Shown here in pieces: positions 1 to 10,000 of a DNA stretch of 64,000 bases (the first letter of the stretch is position 1; the number at the start of each line of letters is the position of its first letter). Location of the stretch: positions 96,001 through 160,000 of the forward strand of contig JBFMAF010000035.1 in assembly GCA_040755995.1 (NCBI GenBank). Direction: 5' to 3'. This DNA is from Acidobacteriota bacterium (GTDB lineage: Bacteria > Acidobacteriota > CAIWXX01). The position numbers were made by a program, and so were the translations under genes. The notes beneath the pieces are model-generated. The model was not told the DNA's origin. It made no database searches and saw nothing but the letters and a program-made list of their open reading frames with translations.

Positions 1-3000
1 TCGACCGTCGGGAGTCAACGCAGCGCCGTAGACGCGCTGCCTGCCGTGATCCGTCAGCGTATGCCGGCAGCTGCCGTTGAGAAGATCCCAGACTCTCACC
101 GTTCCGTCGGCACCGGCTGAAACCGCCATCGATCCGTCGTGACTCACGGCAACTCCGAGCACCTCTGCCGTGTGGCCGGAGAGATCGCATACGAAGCGCC
201 GACTGGCTCGGTCCCACACACGAATCGTGTGACCGAAGCTCCCCGAGAGGACGCGGGCGCCATCAGGTGTGACGGCGACGGCACTCACCCGGTCGCCATG
301 CTGATAGAGCGGCAGGACACGGCCGCCTTCCAGTTCCAGGAGGTTGACGCTGCCGTCTGTGCAGCCCGCAACGGCCAACCCACCGTCGGCCGTCACCGCC
401 AATGAGTGTATGACACTGCCACTCCAATGGATCAGGTGGCGAGGCTCCCCCGTGGAAAGGTCCCATACTCTCACGTGCTTGTCGGTGCTGGCCGCGGTGA
501 CCGCGTACCGGCCGTCAGGTGTCGCAGCCATGACGGCCACAGACCCGGCGAATCCGCCCCGCGACATGAGACACGAACCGTTGAGCGTGTTCCACACCCG
601 CATCGTTCGATCCGATCCTCCGGACACCACGCGCGTGCCGTCCAGTGTCACGCCCAATGAGCACACCCAGTCGGAGTGACCGGTGAGCGTGCGCAGTAAC
701 GCGGGCTGCGGCTGGTGCTCGGGTCGTGAACTCTCAAGCCGCAAGATGGCGGGGTTGCTTGTCTCATCGCCCGCCAGAAGCGCCGCGGCCGCGTCAGCCA
801 CTGGTCCGCTGCGCGCTGAGCTGTAAGCCTGCTGCACGCCGAATCCGCGCATCGAGCTGAATCGCACGAGCGTGTGGCTCTCGGCGTTGACGAACTGCGC
901 GAAGCTCCGGATGCGCCCGAGTCGTGTCGGCGCCTTCTCCACCCGTTGGACCACCCCCGTGGTCGTCCTGTCGGCATCCGGCAGGAGTGCTTCGGGAGGT
1001 TGCGGCGCGCTATCCGGAGCGGCTGTGACGCTGTCCGTGCCGCACTCGATCGATTGACGGCATACCGACGCGAGGCTGATCAGCTTCTCGGTGTAGTCTC
1101 TGATGGAGACAGTGCGAGCCGCCTCCGCCTTGCACGATGCCTCAGCCTCGGGCAGCGCATCCAGAACGTGCCGGTAGTCATCGATCAGGTCGTAGGTGCC
1201 GCCGGCCGCGCAGCGCGCCTGAATGTAGCGCAAGTCGGTCAGCAGAGCTTCCAGTTCGTCCCATCGCCTTGCCTCGCGCAGATGGGCAGGGAGATGCGCC
1301 AATGCATACTCGGAGAGGCTGTGCGTGCCGGACCGATATTCTTGCCACCCGCGGTCGGCCAGCCGTCTGTGACCATCAATCAGGCCCGCGTAGTAAGGTC
1401 CGGCACGGTCAGGCGCGTTCAGCCACTCGAGGAGCGACCGGTGAAACGGCCGCACGCGACCGTCCTCCACACAGAACAGAGACCCCACAGCGCGCAGGAA
1501 TCTCATCTGCGCGCGCTCGTTCCAACCGACCAGAGCCGATAAGTACTCGATCGACAGCGGCTCTCGCGACGCCGAGATCGCGTCCAGGGCGGGCAGCAGA
1601 TCGCTTTCATACTCGCGAATGTCGGGAAACTGGCGCGTGAAGAATTGCGCGTAGATGCCGCCCAGGCCCTGGGGGAAATCGTCGAGGCGATCCAGAGACA
1701 GCCGCCCCATCGCGAGCTCGCGGCAGATCCACTCGACGTACAGAAAGATCCCTTCGCTGCCGCTGATGATTCGGCGGACCACCGCCGGATCCGGCTTCCT
1801 TCCCACCGCTCGCTCGATCTCCCGCTCCAGATACGCCCTGATATCCGCCTCGTTTTCGGGAACAGCGGCGTCGAGCACGTACGGCGTGAGGCCCTGGAGA
1901 TGAAATGCCACGGCCGGATCCGGGCGGCTCGTGACTATAAGGCGCAGCCAGGCGGGCGTCTTTTGAAACTCGGTGGCCAGAAAGGCCGCGAGCTCGTTTC
2001 GGCCTCCGGCCGTGGCCTCGTCCAGAGCGTCGATCAGGACGACCGCCATGTGATCCGGCTCGGGGAAACCCCGCGCCAGAGGCTGGACGATCAGTTCATC
2101 GAAGAGCGTCTGCGCGTTTGACTCAGGGATGAGCTGTTCCAGGTTGACGGCCTGAAGACGGTCGAAGTAGTCGGGGAGCTGTGAGCCGAGCTGGTAGGCG
2201 ATCGACAACACGGCTCTACGCGGGTCCGCCTTCTGCACGTGGCCGTATCGGCAGAGATGAAACGCCGCGACCTCCCTCCGATGACTGCAAAGCCGGGCCG
2301 CCAGAGCCGTCTTGCCCACGCCGGGCTTGCCCAGGATCCAGAAGACGCGCGATGCCGTTTGGTCGACGAGCCAGGCATCGATTCTGTCGAACACCCACTG
2401 CCTGCCGGTGAAGCGACGGACGTGCGGCAGCAGGTCGGCCTCGAACGGAAGCGGCTGCAGCAAGTTGGCCAGTCGGCCATGGGCACCTTCGAAGGCCGGG
2501 GCTTCGCGATCGAGGACCTCCGTGAGCACCGCGAACTTGCCCTCGTAACGCGTCGAGCCGTCGAGCAGAGGCACGCAGTCCTGCATATCGAGCCACTGGA
2601 TCCGGCAGATGGAGAGCGGCGGCTCGCACCAGACGACCATGACCGGCACGATGGCCAGCCGCCTCTGCAAGGCGCGCGCCATTTCGTTGAGGCAGTACCC
2701 ATCGGGCCTGCGCACGGAGTGTGGAGTCATCAGGAGGACTACCCTGCCTGCCCCTGGTATCTCAGAGGCCCAGTCGAGGCCTTCCTCGATATGCTTCTCC
2801 CAGTCTGCTCCGGGTTTGAGCTTCTCCAGGTCGAACCAGACTGAATGTCCCTGCGCGACAAGGTCTTCTTTCAATCGTTGAGCGACCGATGCGTGTTCGT
2901 CATGCCCGTAGCTCAGGAATATGCGCCGGGAGGGGCGCGGCTTCCCTGCCGAGAACTCATGGCAGCAGTCGACACAGACCTGGACCTGCCGCTTCGGGCT

Positions 3001-3060
3001 GAAGTGGAGATTCGGCGAGGCGCACGCGGGGCAGACTGTATCGCCGGGTAGAGCCGCCAT
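1..3060 (-). CDS. Zn-ribbon + TIR + NACHT/STAND NTPase + WD40 repeat protein (NLR-like; 3' end beyond window edge)
   Basis: Manual translation from ATG 3060: MAALPGDTVCPACASPNLHFSPKRQVQVCVDCCHEF (two CxxC); RIFLSYGH...VWFDLEKLKPGADWEKHIEEG...YCLNEMARA (TIR); FTGRQWVFDRIDAWL...WILGKPGVGKT (Walker A); VLIDALDEA (Walker B); LIVTSRP; then repeats such as GHSDWVCSLGVTLDGTRVVSGGSDRTMRVWN and GHTAEVLGVAVSHDGSMAVSAGADGTVRVWD. No stop seen before base 1. Confidence 0.92.
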   Translation of the reverse strand, partial: MAALPGDTVCPACASPNLHFSPKRQVQVCVDCCHEFSAGKPRPSRRIFLSYGHDEHASVAQRLKEDLVAQGHSVWFDLEKLKPGADWEKHIEEGLDWASEIPGAGRVVLLMTPHSVRRPDGYCLNEMARALQRRLAIVPVMVVWCEPPLSICRIQWLDMQDCVPLLDGSTRYEGKFAVLTEVLDREAPAFEGAHGRLANLLQPLPFEADLLPHVRRFTGRQWVFDRIDAWLVDQTASRVFWILGKPGVGKTALAARLCSHRREVAAFHLCRYGHVQKADPRRAVLSIAYQLGSQLPDYFDRLQAVNLEQLIPESNAQTLFDELIVQPLARGFPEPDHMAVVLIDALDEATAGGRNELAAFLATEFQKTPAWLRLIVTSRPDPAVAFHLQGLTPYVLDAAVPENEADIRAYLEREIERAVGRKPDPAVVRRIISGSEGIFLYVEWICRELAMGRLSLDRLDDFPQGLGGIYAQFFTRQFPDIREYESDLLPALDAISASREPLSIEYLSALVGWNERAQMRFLRAVGSLFCVEDGRVRPFHRSLLEWLNAPDRAGPYYAGLIDGHRRLADRGWQEYRSGTHSLSEYALAHLPAHLREARRWDELEALLTDLRYIQARCAAGGTYDLIDDYRHVLDALPEAEASCKAEAARTVSIRDYTEKLISLASVCRQSIECGTDSVTAAPDSAPQPPEALLPDADRTTTGVVQRVEKAPTRLGRIRSFAQFVNAESHTLVRFSSMRGFGVQQAYSSARSGPVADAAAALLAGDETSNPAILRLESSRPEHQPQPALLRTLTGHSDWVCSLGVTLDGTRVVSGGSDRTMRVWNTLNGSCLMSRGGFAGSVAVMAATPDGRYAVTAASTDKHVRVWDLSTGEPRHLIHWSGSVIHSLAVTADGGLAVAGCTDGSVNLLELEGGRVLPLYQHGDRVSAVAVTPDGARVLSGSFGHTIRVWDRASRRFVCDLSGHTAEVLGVAVSHDGSMAVSAGADGTVRVWDLLNGSCRHTLTDHGRQRVYGAALTPDGR

Positions 3061-3069
3061 GATGCGAGG

Positions 3070-3099
3070 ATTCTAGGGAAGGTCGCGTGGAGCTGTCAA
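3070..3099 (-). promoter_or_regulatory. sigma70-like promoter for the TIR-NACHT gene
   Basis: Minus strand TTGACA (3099-3094), 18 nt, TAGAAT (3075-3070), 9 nt before the ATG; no Shine-Dalgarno. Confidence 0.55.
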
Positions 3100-3311
3100 T
3101 TCGACGGGGCCGCCCCTAACCGGAGGCGCAGAAGACGCTTGACTGCCCGCCTTCTCGTGCCTATGTTGGGGTATCATGTCGCTGGTACAGAGGGGCGCAC
3201 TCGGCCTCATCTCGTGTGGCGCACGCCTGGGTACCTGCATTCTGAGAGAGACATTCCGAGTGCCCGGGCTCGGTTCCTGATCGGACTCTTGCTGGAGCAC
3301 AAGATAGACGT

Positions 3312-3518
3312 GTGGTCGTCCCGAAAACGGAGGTGGCTCGAATGGACAAACCACTGGGGGTCGCGTTCATTTGCGACCATGTCGCCGGCGATGTCGCACT
3401 GAGCTCGGAGCACAACACCTACGCCTGGATCGATCCATCGGAACACGCGGACTACCCTCTGAGCACCTCGATGAAGGAGCAGATAGAGGCCTATCTGGGG
3501 AGCCAGCGGCGCTCGTAG
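3312..3518 (+). pseudogene. C-terminal fragment of a NUDIX-family hydrolase
   Basis: LGVAFICDHVAGDVALSSEHNTYAWIDP resembles the NUDIX C-terminal LSxEHxxxxW segment; no Nudix box upstream in frame. Confidence 0.5.
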
Positions 3519-3534
3519 CGCAGCCGCGAATGCC

Positions 3535-3858
3535 ATGATAGAGATGGTGGACACGGCGCCGCGCAAGGTAGCGGTGCATCCGCAGTCCGACTGGGCGCAG
3601 CGGCCACTCGAGCTCACGCCCGAGGAAGTGGAGCTTCTGGCCAGGATGGAGCATACGCGCTGGTGCGACGAGCGTCGTGCAGCCGGCTGGCGCTACGCAC
3701 CGCCGCCGAAGAACGTCGAGAAGAAGCCCAGCCCGTATCTGGTGGCGTGGGAAAAGGCTGGCGAGAAGACAAAGGACATCGATCGGGATGCTGTGCGCTC
3801 CATCCCCGCAACACTGGCGCAAGCGGGGTTTCAGGTGTATCGACGTAGAAGTAGATAG
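3535..3858 (+). CDS. RyR-domain protein (stand-alone or remnant of a larger gene)
   Basis: ELLARMEHTRWCDERRAAGWRY...KKPSPYLVAWE...KDIDRD matches the RyR repeat pattern LAxxEHxRWxxER...GW.Y...HP.LVPW..L...KxxDR. Confidence 0.85.
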   Translation: MIEMVDTAPRKVAVHPQSDWAQRPLELTPEEVELLARMEHTRWCDERRAAGWRYAPPPKNVEKKPSPYLVAWEKAGEKTKDIDRDAVRSIPATLAQAGFQVYRRRSR

Positions 3859-4006
3859 GGATCAGTCCGCTTTGAGAAGGAGTGTTGCGGTTCTCGAGTG
3901 CAGCAGACGCGGAGACACAGCACCAGTTCACAAGATGACGACCACAACCTGTTGGGGTCACCCACACTGAACGCGGATACACGTGTGAAATAAGTAGGAG
4001 GCCGTC

Positions 4007-4231
4007 ATGGAAGCGCGGAACACCGACTCCAAGTCAGCCGGCCAGGAATGGGCGCAGAAACCGATCGCCACGTACCGATCGCGGCTGGGGGATTGCGAGG
4101 GGTTTGCCGGGGTGCTGAAGGCGGTGCTGGAGCCGGTCGCTGAAAAGCTGGCTCCACAGGCCTACCCATCGGCTGCGGCTCCGGATCGTAGCGCCCCTCG
4201 CCCTTGCCGCTCTGCGGCGGCTTTGGTATAA
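4007..4231 (+). pseudogene. short ORF, possible N-terminal remnant of a RelA/SpoT-domain-RyR type protein
   Basis: Strong RBS (AGGAGG) before the ATG; EWAQKPIATYRSRLGDCEGFAGVLKAVLEPVAEKLAPQA resembles, from memory, the helix preceding small alarmone synthetase domains; the sequence then degenerates. Confidence 0.3.
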
Positions 4232-4271
4232 GCTGCGGAGGAGATCGACTCTTACCGGATAGGAGGAATTC

Positions 4272-4955
4272 ATGGCAACTGAAATAGCCTGGCACGGTCA
4301 CTCTACGTTCGAGGTTCATTCGGGCGGGAGGGTCATCCTCGTAGATCCGTTCTTCAACGGTAATCCGCTTGCGAAGGCGACGCCGGATTCCGTCAAGGCT
4401 GACTTCATTCTGGTGACGCACGGCCACGGGGATCACATCGGCGACACAGTCGAGATCGCCGGACGCACGGGAGCGACGGTAATCTCCAATTTCGAGATCT
4501 GCAACTGGGTCGGCTCGAAGGGCGATCTCAAGGTTCATCCGCAGCATATCGGCGGCGGATTCCAGCACCCGTTCGGCTACACGAAGCTGACGATCGCGCA
4601 TCACGGGTCCGCATTGCCCGACGGTTCGTACGGCGGCAACCCGTGCGGCTTTCTTATCAGCCTGGAAGGCAAGAAGGTCTACTTCGCGGGCGACACCGGG
4701 CTTTTTCTCGAAATGCAGCTCTACGGTGAAGAAGGCATCGACCTGGCGTTTCTGCCCGTCGGAGACAACTTCACGATGGGACCCGACGACGCGCTCCGCG
4801 CCGTGAAGCTCCTGCGGCCCAGGACCGTCGTCCCGATCCACTACGGCACCTGGCCGGTGATCGAGCAGAGCGCCGAGGCCTGGAAGCAGCGAGTGGAAAA
4901 GGAGACATCGACGCGCTGCGTCATCCTCACCCCCGGTGGTCGCATCTCCCCGTAG
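4272..4955 (+). CDS. metal-dependent hydrolase, metallo-beta-lactamase fold (UPF0173-like)
   Basis: WHGHSTF, THGHGDH, YFAGDT, PIHYGTW motifs; RBS AGGAGG. Confidence 0.92.
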   Translation: MATEIAWHGHSTFEVHSGGRVILVDPFFNGNPLAKATPDSVKADFILVTHGHGDHIGDTVEIAGRTGATVISNFEICNWVGSKGDLKVHPQHIGGGFQHPFGYTKLTIAHHGSALPDGSYGGNPCGFLISLEGKKVYFAGDTGLFLEMQLYGEEGIDLAFLPVGDNFTMGPDDALRAVKLLRPRTVVPIHYGTWPVIEQSAEAWKQRVEKETSTRCVILTPGGRISP

Positions 4956-5017
4956 AAACGACGCTTCGGCGCAGATTGATTCTCTGAGGAACTAGAACCT
5001 ACGGGAGAAGTGCTGCT

Positions 5018-5644
5018 ATGGCGTTCAACCTGTTTCCAAGAGTGGTGAGATTCTACGACATGCTCCAGGCGCAGAGCCGGTTCCTGACGGAGGCGGCCCG
5101 GGCCCTGGAGTGCATCTGCGAGGATCCTGCTGGACGCAACGCTCTGTGTAAGCGTATCGGCCAGCTGGCTCAAGAGGGCGACGCGTTGGAGCGCGAGATC
5201 TCCACCAAGCTGGCTCAAACGTTCATCACACCGCTGGACCGTGAGGATATTCACGATCTGAACCTCGCACAAGAGGATCTGCTCAATCTCATCCATGCCG
5301 TCTCCACGCGCCTGGGCATCTATCCATTCTCGACGATGCGGCCAGGGGTTCGAACACTGGCCGGTGAGCTTCGCAGGATGGTTGATGAGATAGCTGCCAT
5401 GGTCGGCAATCTCGGCAAGAAGAAGCTGGATACCCACTCCACGGCAGCTCGGGAGATCAAGTCCGATGCGTCGGCTCTCATTTTGGTTGCCTTGGGTGAA
5501 CTGTACGAACAGCCCGTCGGGTCCGCGGGCGAGGTCATGGAGATCATGCTGTGGGCTCAGATCTATGACCGTATGGAGCAGGCCGTCAGGCAGGCCCAGG
5601 CCCTCGCCAGCCTCCTCGAGAGGATAGGTGTCAAGAATGCCTGA
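5018..5644 (+). CDS. DUF47 / PhoU-like phosphate transport regulator
   Basis: TFITPLDREDIHDL signature; directly upstream of and overlapping a Pit transporter. Confidence 0.9.
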   Translation: MAFNLFPRVVRFYDMLQAQSRFLTEAARALECICEDPAGRNALCKRIGQLAQEGDALEREISTKLAQTFITPLDREDIHDLNLAQEDLLNLIHAVSTRLGIYPFSTMRPGVRTLAGELRRMVDEIAAMVGNLGKKKLDTHSTAAREIKSDASALILVALGELYEQPVGSAGEVMEIMLWAQIYDRMEQAVRQAQALASLLERIGVKNA

Positions 5645-6641
5645 GATTTCCTGGCTGCTCGTCGTCATTATCTTCGCCGCCTTGGCCTTTGACTACACCA
5701 ACGGCGCGCATGATGCAGCGAACGCCATCGCCACGGTGGTCTCCACCAAGGTCTTGTCGCCCAGAGCTGCTGTGGTCATGTCAGCGACACTCAATTTCGG
5801 CGGAGCGATGTTGGGCACCCGCGTGGCGGAGACGATCGGCAAAGGGATCGTTGACCCGAAGATGATCCTGGACTCCCATTGCCTGTTGCTCGCGTCCGTT
5901 CTTGCGGCCATTGCCTGGAACTCATTCACGTGGTGGCTCGGCCTGCCTTCATCCTCCTCGCACGCGCTCATCGGGGGGCTGATAGGCGCCGCGGTGGTGG
6001 AATGCGGATGGAGCGTCCTGCAGTACCGATCCATCCTGGAGAAGGTCGTGGTGCCGCTTTTCGTCTCGCCGCTCGCCGGTCTCATCGCAGGCTACTTCCT
6101 GATGGTGTTGATCGCGTGGTTGACCCATGGCCTCCGGTATCGGACCGCCAGTGCCGCATTCAAGAGGCTCCAGATCCTGACGGCCGGGTTCATGTCCGTG
6201 AGCCATGGTTCCAACGACGCCCAGAAAACCATGGGCCTGATCACGCTGAGCCTGCTGAGTTATGGGCTCATTCCGAGCCTGACGGTCCCGCTGTGGGTGA
6301 AGCTGGCATGCGCCGGCGCCATCAGTCTAGGGACGATGACGGGCGGCTGGAAGATCATTCGGACGATGGGGCACAAGATATTCAGGATGCGCCCTGTGCA
6401 CGGATTCGCTGCCGAGATTGCCGCCTCGACGGTCATCTTCTCAGCTTCGCTCTTCGGGGCACCCATCAGCACGACCCACGTGATCTCCTCGTCTGTGCTC
6501 GGCGTCGGCTCAGCCCAAAGATGGACGGCTGTGAAATGGAGGGTCGCAGGCGAAATGGTCAGCGCGTGGGTCTTCACCATCCCGTGCGCGGCCGTGGCCG
6601 GGGCGCTGTGGATGATGCTCCTGGGCGCTATCGGCCTTTGA
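5637..6641 (+). CDS. pit: inorganic phosphate transporter (PiT family)
   Basis: NGAHDAANAIAT, GLPSSSSHALIGG, HGSNDAQKTMG, PISTTH motifs. Confidence 0.93.
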   Translation: MPEISWLLVVIIFAALAFDYTNGAHDAANAIATVVSTKVLSPRAAVVMSATLNFGGAMLGTRVAETIGKGIVDPKMILDSHCLLLASVLAAIAWNSFTWWLGLPSSSSHALIGGLIGAAVVECGWSVLQYRSILEKVVVPLFVSPLAGLIAGYFLMVLIAWLTHGLRYRTASAAFKRLQILTAGFMSVSHGSNDAQKTMGLITLSLLSYGLIPSLTVPLWVKLACAGAISLGTMTGGWKIIRTMGHKIFRMRPVHGFAAEIAASTVIFSASLFGAPISTTHVISSSVLGVGSAQRWTAVKWRVAGEMVSAWVFTIPCAAVAGALWMMLLGAIGL

Positions 6642-7959
6642 GCGTCCGCTCTGCAGGCCGAACTTCATAGATCCGGAACGAGTTCTTCCCAGGATCCACG
6701 GCGGTGAACGATAGGTGGCTCGCACGGTCCCGCACGAAACCGAACCTGTCGGGGAAGGCCATCACGTAGAGGGCGCCGCCGGGTCGGAGGCGGGCGTCCA
6801 GCGACGAGAGCACTGAGAGCATGATACGCCCTTCATGATCGACACCCCTGTGGTCGCTCCAACTCAGCGCTGTCTCGTACGTTACGGGCGCGTTGAACAG
6901 GATGGTGTCGTATGCATCCGGCACATTCTGGAACGCATCGCTTCGCCAGACGCGGATTCGCCGCGCAAGATCGTGGTACGCCACGCTCGCTCTCGCGTTG
7001 GCGACCTCGAGATCCCCGATGTCTACCGCATCAACGGCCACGTCGCGATTCAGCGCCACCAGGACCGCCTCAGGGCCGGCTCCGCATCCAAGGACGAGCA
7101 CTCGCTGGCCCGCCTGGATCTTCGGGAGCGCGCAGGCCAGCAGCACGCGCACGAAGTCTGTGTTGGGCGTGAAGACATCCAGGAACAGCGGAATACTGAC
7201 GTTGCCGCAGGGGCCTCCTCTGGCCACCGACCACCACAACCGAAAATCGCCGGTGGGGCCGTCGATGCCTATTGGTGCGCTGCTCTCGGCGAGGTCAGCC
7301 CCCAGAGCCGTATTGACGAACTTCCCGAAGTACTCCGTCTTGAACTCGCTCCAGCGTTCACGTGCGCTCGCATCCGGCGCCGCCCCGAACGACGTCAGCT
7401 CCGAGAACTCGAGAAAGGCGAAGTCGCCGGAGGGACCTTCGGGGACCGCATGTGGAGCCCGGATCAGCAGACCAAGCGGCACACGATCATGAATGAGCAG
7501 CCATCCGGCGAGCGGCCCGGCCCGCTGCCCGTGCTCCTTCCAGCCTGGCAGACATCCCGCGGCGCGACGCAGAACGGACGAGTCGCCGACTGCGATCAGA
7601 TGAAACGGGCCGAGCCGCGCACCGGGCTCCGAGTCCAGTGCTACCCCGAGTGCGTCCAGGAAGAACCGGATCGAATCGGACGCGCACGGATAGGGCACTG
7701 TGGCTACCTCGTCCCAAGCGGCCTCAGCAGCATGTTGTGGTAGAGGGCGCCGTAGACACCGAACGCTCGCGGCATGTAGCGCAGCCTGGCCAGTTCGAAG
7801 CCCCTTCGCGCCTTGATCAGGAACTCGCTCTAGGGAAGAGGATCGTCGGAACCGTTCGCGGCGAGGCTGTCCTTTGGCGGCAGTTCGAACCGCGTCACGG
7901 TTCCATCGGTCGAAGGCATGGAGCTCAAGACGATCACGAATGCAGCCGCGCGCCGACAA
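6628..7959 (-). CDS. class I SAM-dependent methyltransferase (true start uncertain)
   Basis: C-terminal VLVLGCGAG, VDAVDI and ILFNAP motifs; N-terminal part not recognised. Confidence 0.7.
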   Translation of the reverse strand: MSARGCIRDRLELHAFDRWNRDAVRTAAKGQPRRERFRRSSSLERVPDQGAKGLRTGQAALHAASVRCLRRPLPQHAAEAAWDEVATVPYPCASDSIRFFLDALGVALDSEPGARLGPFHLIAVGDSSVLRRAAGCLPGWKEHGQRAGPLAGWLLIHDRVPLGLLIRAPHAVPEGPSGDFAFLEFSELTSFGAAPDASARERWSEFKTEYFGKFVNTALGADLAESSAPIGIDGPTGDFRLWWSVARGGPCGNVSIPLFLDVFTPNTDFVRVLLACALPKIQAGQRVLVLGCGAGPEAVLVALNRDVAVDAVDIGDLEVANARASVAYHDLARRIRVWRSDAFQNVPDAYDTILFNAPVTYETALSWSDHRGVDHEGRIMLSVLSSLDARLRPGGALYVMAFPDRFGFVRDRASHLSFTAVDPGKNSFRIYEVRPAERTLKGR

Positions 7960-9382
7960 GCTGCGAAATGAGGTAGGTCACGTCAACTGCGTACAGCGCA
8001 ATGAGGATCATGAACCAGAGGTAGAAACAGAACATCACTCTCGGCGATCCCGCGATCCTGAGAACCGCCCACTGGCAGCCCTCGGCGAAACACCACAAGA
8101 AGGCCGGCATGGCTGGGAAGACGTAGATCGCCTTCATTGCGGAGTAGTCGCGGTTGCCATACGTGAATTTCAGCATGCCGATTGCGAACAGCATCAGGAA
8201 TAGCGGCATCACCCAGGAGAAGTCCTGCGAGAGGTGCGCGAGGCCGCGATCGAGAACTCCCTTGCCCGCGCGGACGGCACCATCGGCAAATCCGACGAGC
8301 ATTAGGAAGAGGTGCAGCAAAGCCAGACCGAGGATGGCACTTCCCAGTCCCATGACGAAACGGCTCCTGTCGGCCCAACTCAGAGGAAACTGGTCGAAAT
8401 GGACGAAATGGGTGCGGCCGTAAAGCTGGGACCAGAGTGATGACCTGTGTCTGGGCTCAATTGGGACACCGAGCGTATTGTAGGGATGCCGTATCAGGTC
8501 GATGATCCGAAAGGTGCACCAGGAATCGAGGAGTGTCGTTACGCCGAGTGAGCTCCTCCAGGTCGGGTCCGGAACGAATTCGAAGAACTTCGGAGCGATG
8601 CTCGTGGGCACCTGGGAGTGGATTGGATTGCCGTGCGTCTTCCAGCCATAGTAGTACTGCCCGAAATAGGGCACTATGGCGGCCCAGAGAAGGATGAGTG
8701 TCAGCAGAGTCCTCAGATAGATCCTACGCGCAAGGAGGTCCGATCGGCCGGCGAAGAGAACCACCACGAGCACGAGGACGCTTCCGCCGAAAATGACGAG
8801 CCCCGACGCCTTCGAGAGGCAGGCCAGAATCACCGCCGCTACGAGCAGGGCGCCGTAGAGGCCCGCCTTGGTGTGCAGAAGTCGCCATAGCGAGTAGATT
8901 GCGAGCGTCCCAAACAGGATCACGAAAGAGTCGTTGGTCACCTGGGTGTTGATGCCGACCGACTTGGGGTTCAGCGCCGCGCCCGCGAAGACGATCAGTC
9001 GAACATCGTCCCGAATAGGAAGCATCTGGACGAGCCTGAGCAGAATGTAGACCGTCAGAACGCCGGCGAGTGCACTCAATATCTGAAAGGCGACGATTGC
9101 CGCATTGATCGACTGGAGATCGAATAATCTACCCATCGCCGCGCAGGTGGCGTGGTAGAGCTTGGGGTGGTACCCCTCCCATTCGTCCTCCGCGTGTACG
9201 AACGTCCCCTCGAACTGTATATACCCGATCACGTTCAGATGAATGTCGTTGGCCTCTCTATTCACGACCGCGAGAAGAATGCGCAGGAGAATGGAGACCA
9301 AGAAGACAGCCATCAACGCCCTGGGGAACAGGAGACTCCGCTCGCTACTGTTCCCACCACCATTCAACGAGGATATCCACAT
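7934..9382 (-). CDS. multi-pass membrane protein, GT-C / PMT-ArnT-like glycosyltransferase
   Basis: Many hydrophobic helices; ANDIH, EGYHPKLYH, VTNDSF and LSKASGL resemble GT-C family motifs. Confidence 0.65.
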   Translation of the reverse strand: MWISSLNGGGNSSERSLLFPRALMAVFLVSILLRILLAVVNREANDIHLNVIGYIQFEGTFVHAEDEWEGYHPKLYHATCAAMGRLFDLQSINAAIVAFQILSALAGVLTVYILLRLVQMLPIRDDVRLIVFAGAALNPKSVGINTQVTNDSFVILFGTLAIYSLWRLLHTKAGLYGALLVAAVILACLSKASGLVIFGGSVLVLVVVLFAGRSDLLARRIYLRTLLTLILLWAAIVPYFGQYYYGWKTHGNPIHSQVPTSIAPKFFEFVPDPTWRSSLGVTTLLDSWCTFRIIDLIRHPYNTLGVPIEPRHRSSLWSQLYGRTHFVHFDQFPLSWADRSRFVMGLGSAILGLALLHLFLMLVGFADGAVRAGKGVLDRGLAHLSQDFSWVMPLFLMLFAIGMLKFTYGNRDYSAMKAIYVFPAMPAFLWCFAEGCQWAVLRIAGSPRVMFCFYLWFMILIALYAVDVTYLISQLVGARLHS

Positions 9383-10000
9383 CTGCAGCAGAAGTCTCGC
9401 CCTCCAGGCGTGGCGCCTTGTGCGCGAACCTCCTGAGTCTATCCCACACTCCGCGCCCTAGCAACCTTCGCAGTGGGGGCTCAGCTGTTTCGCAATTGTT
9501 TGGTTCCCCGGTTGCAGGGAGAGGCACTTGGAGCGACTTTGCGCTGCGTGGAGGCGGAGGAGCGAAGGCGGGGGCTATCTTGCGGGTGATCACTGACTTG
9601 TTTTTCTGGCTTCGAGAAGGCCTGGGCCGGGCGGCGGGATGATCGAATCAATCAGGTGCCGAACTGGACGCGGGGCAGGCTATGTGGTATGGAATGCACG
9701 GACATGCCCAGCTGCACGAACGAGATAAGCCAGGCTCTGGCTTTTCTGAAGTCTGGATCCAGGAGCATGATAGGATCGATCCCAGATGGTAGCGCACGGG
9801 AAGTGCTTGTGCCTTGGTGCTTGATTACTATTCGACGGTGCGGTAAGTCAGGCGTGAGAGACCCGAGCTCAGACCTTGCCCTGCCCGGTGCCGGCCCTGC
9901 GAGGTCTCCTTCATCACGTGCCCACGCAACAGGGGGCCGAAGGATCTGGGCGCCGCATGCCTCCTCTTCGGGCATGGAGTAGGGGTGGAGGAGGCACGCC

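Noticed and set aside
139..2881. Many ORF-track entries in the first 3 kb
   Set aside because: They are antisense or off-frame shadows of the long TIR-NACHT-WD40 frame.
9383..10000. Overlapping ORFs of 70-120 aa between the GT-C-like and GT2 genes
   Set aside because: No recognisable motif or RBS; cannot be supported as genes or ncRNA.
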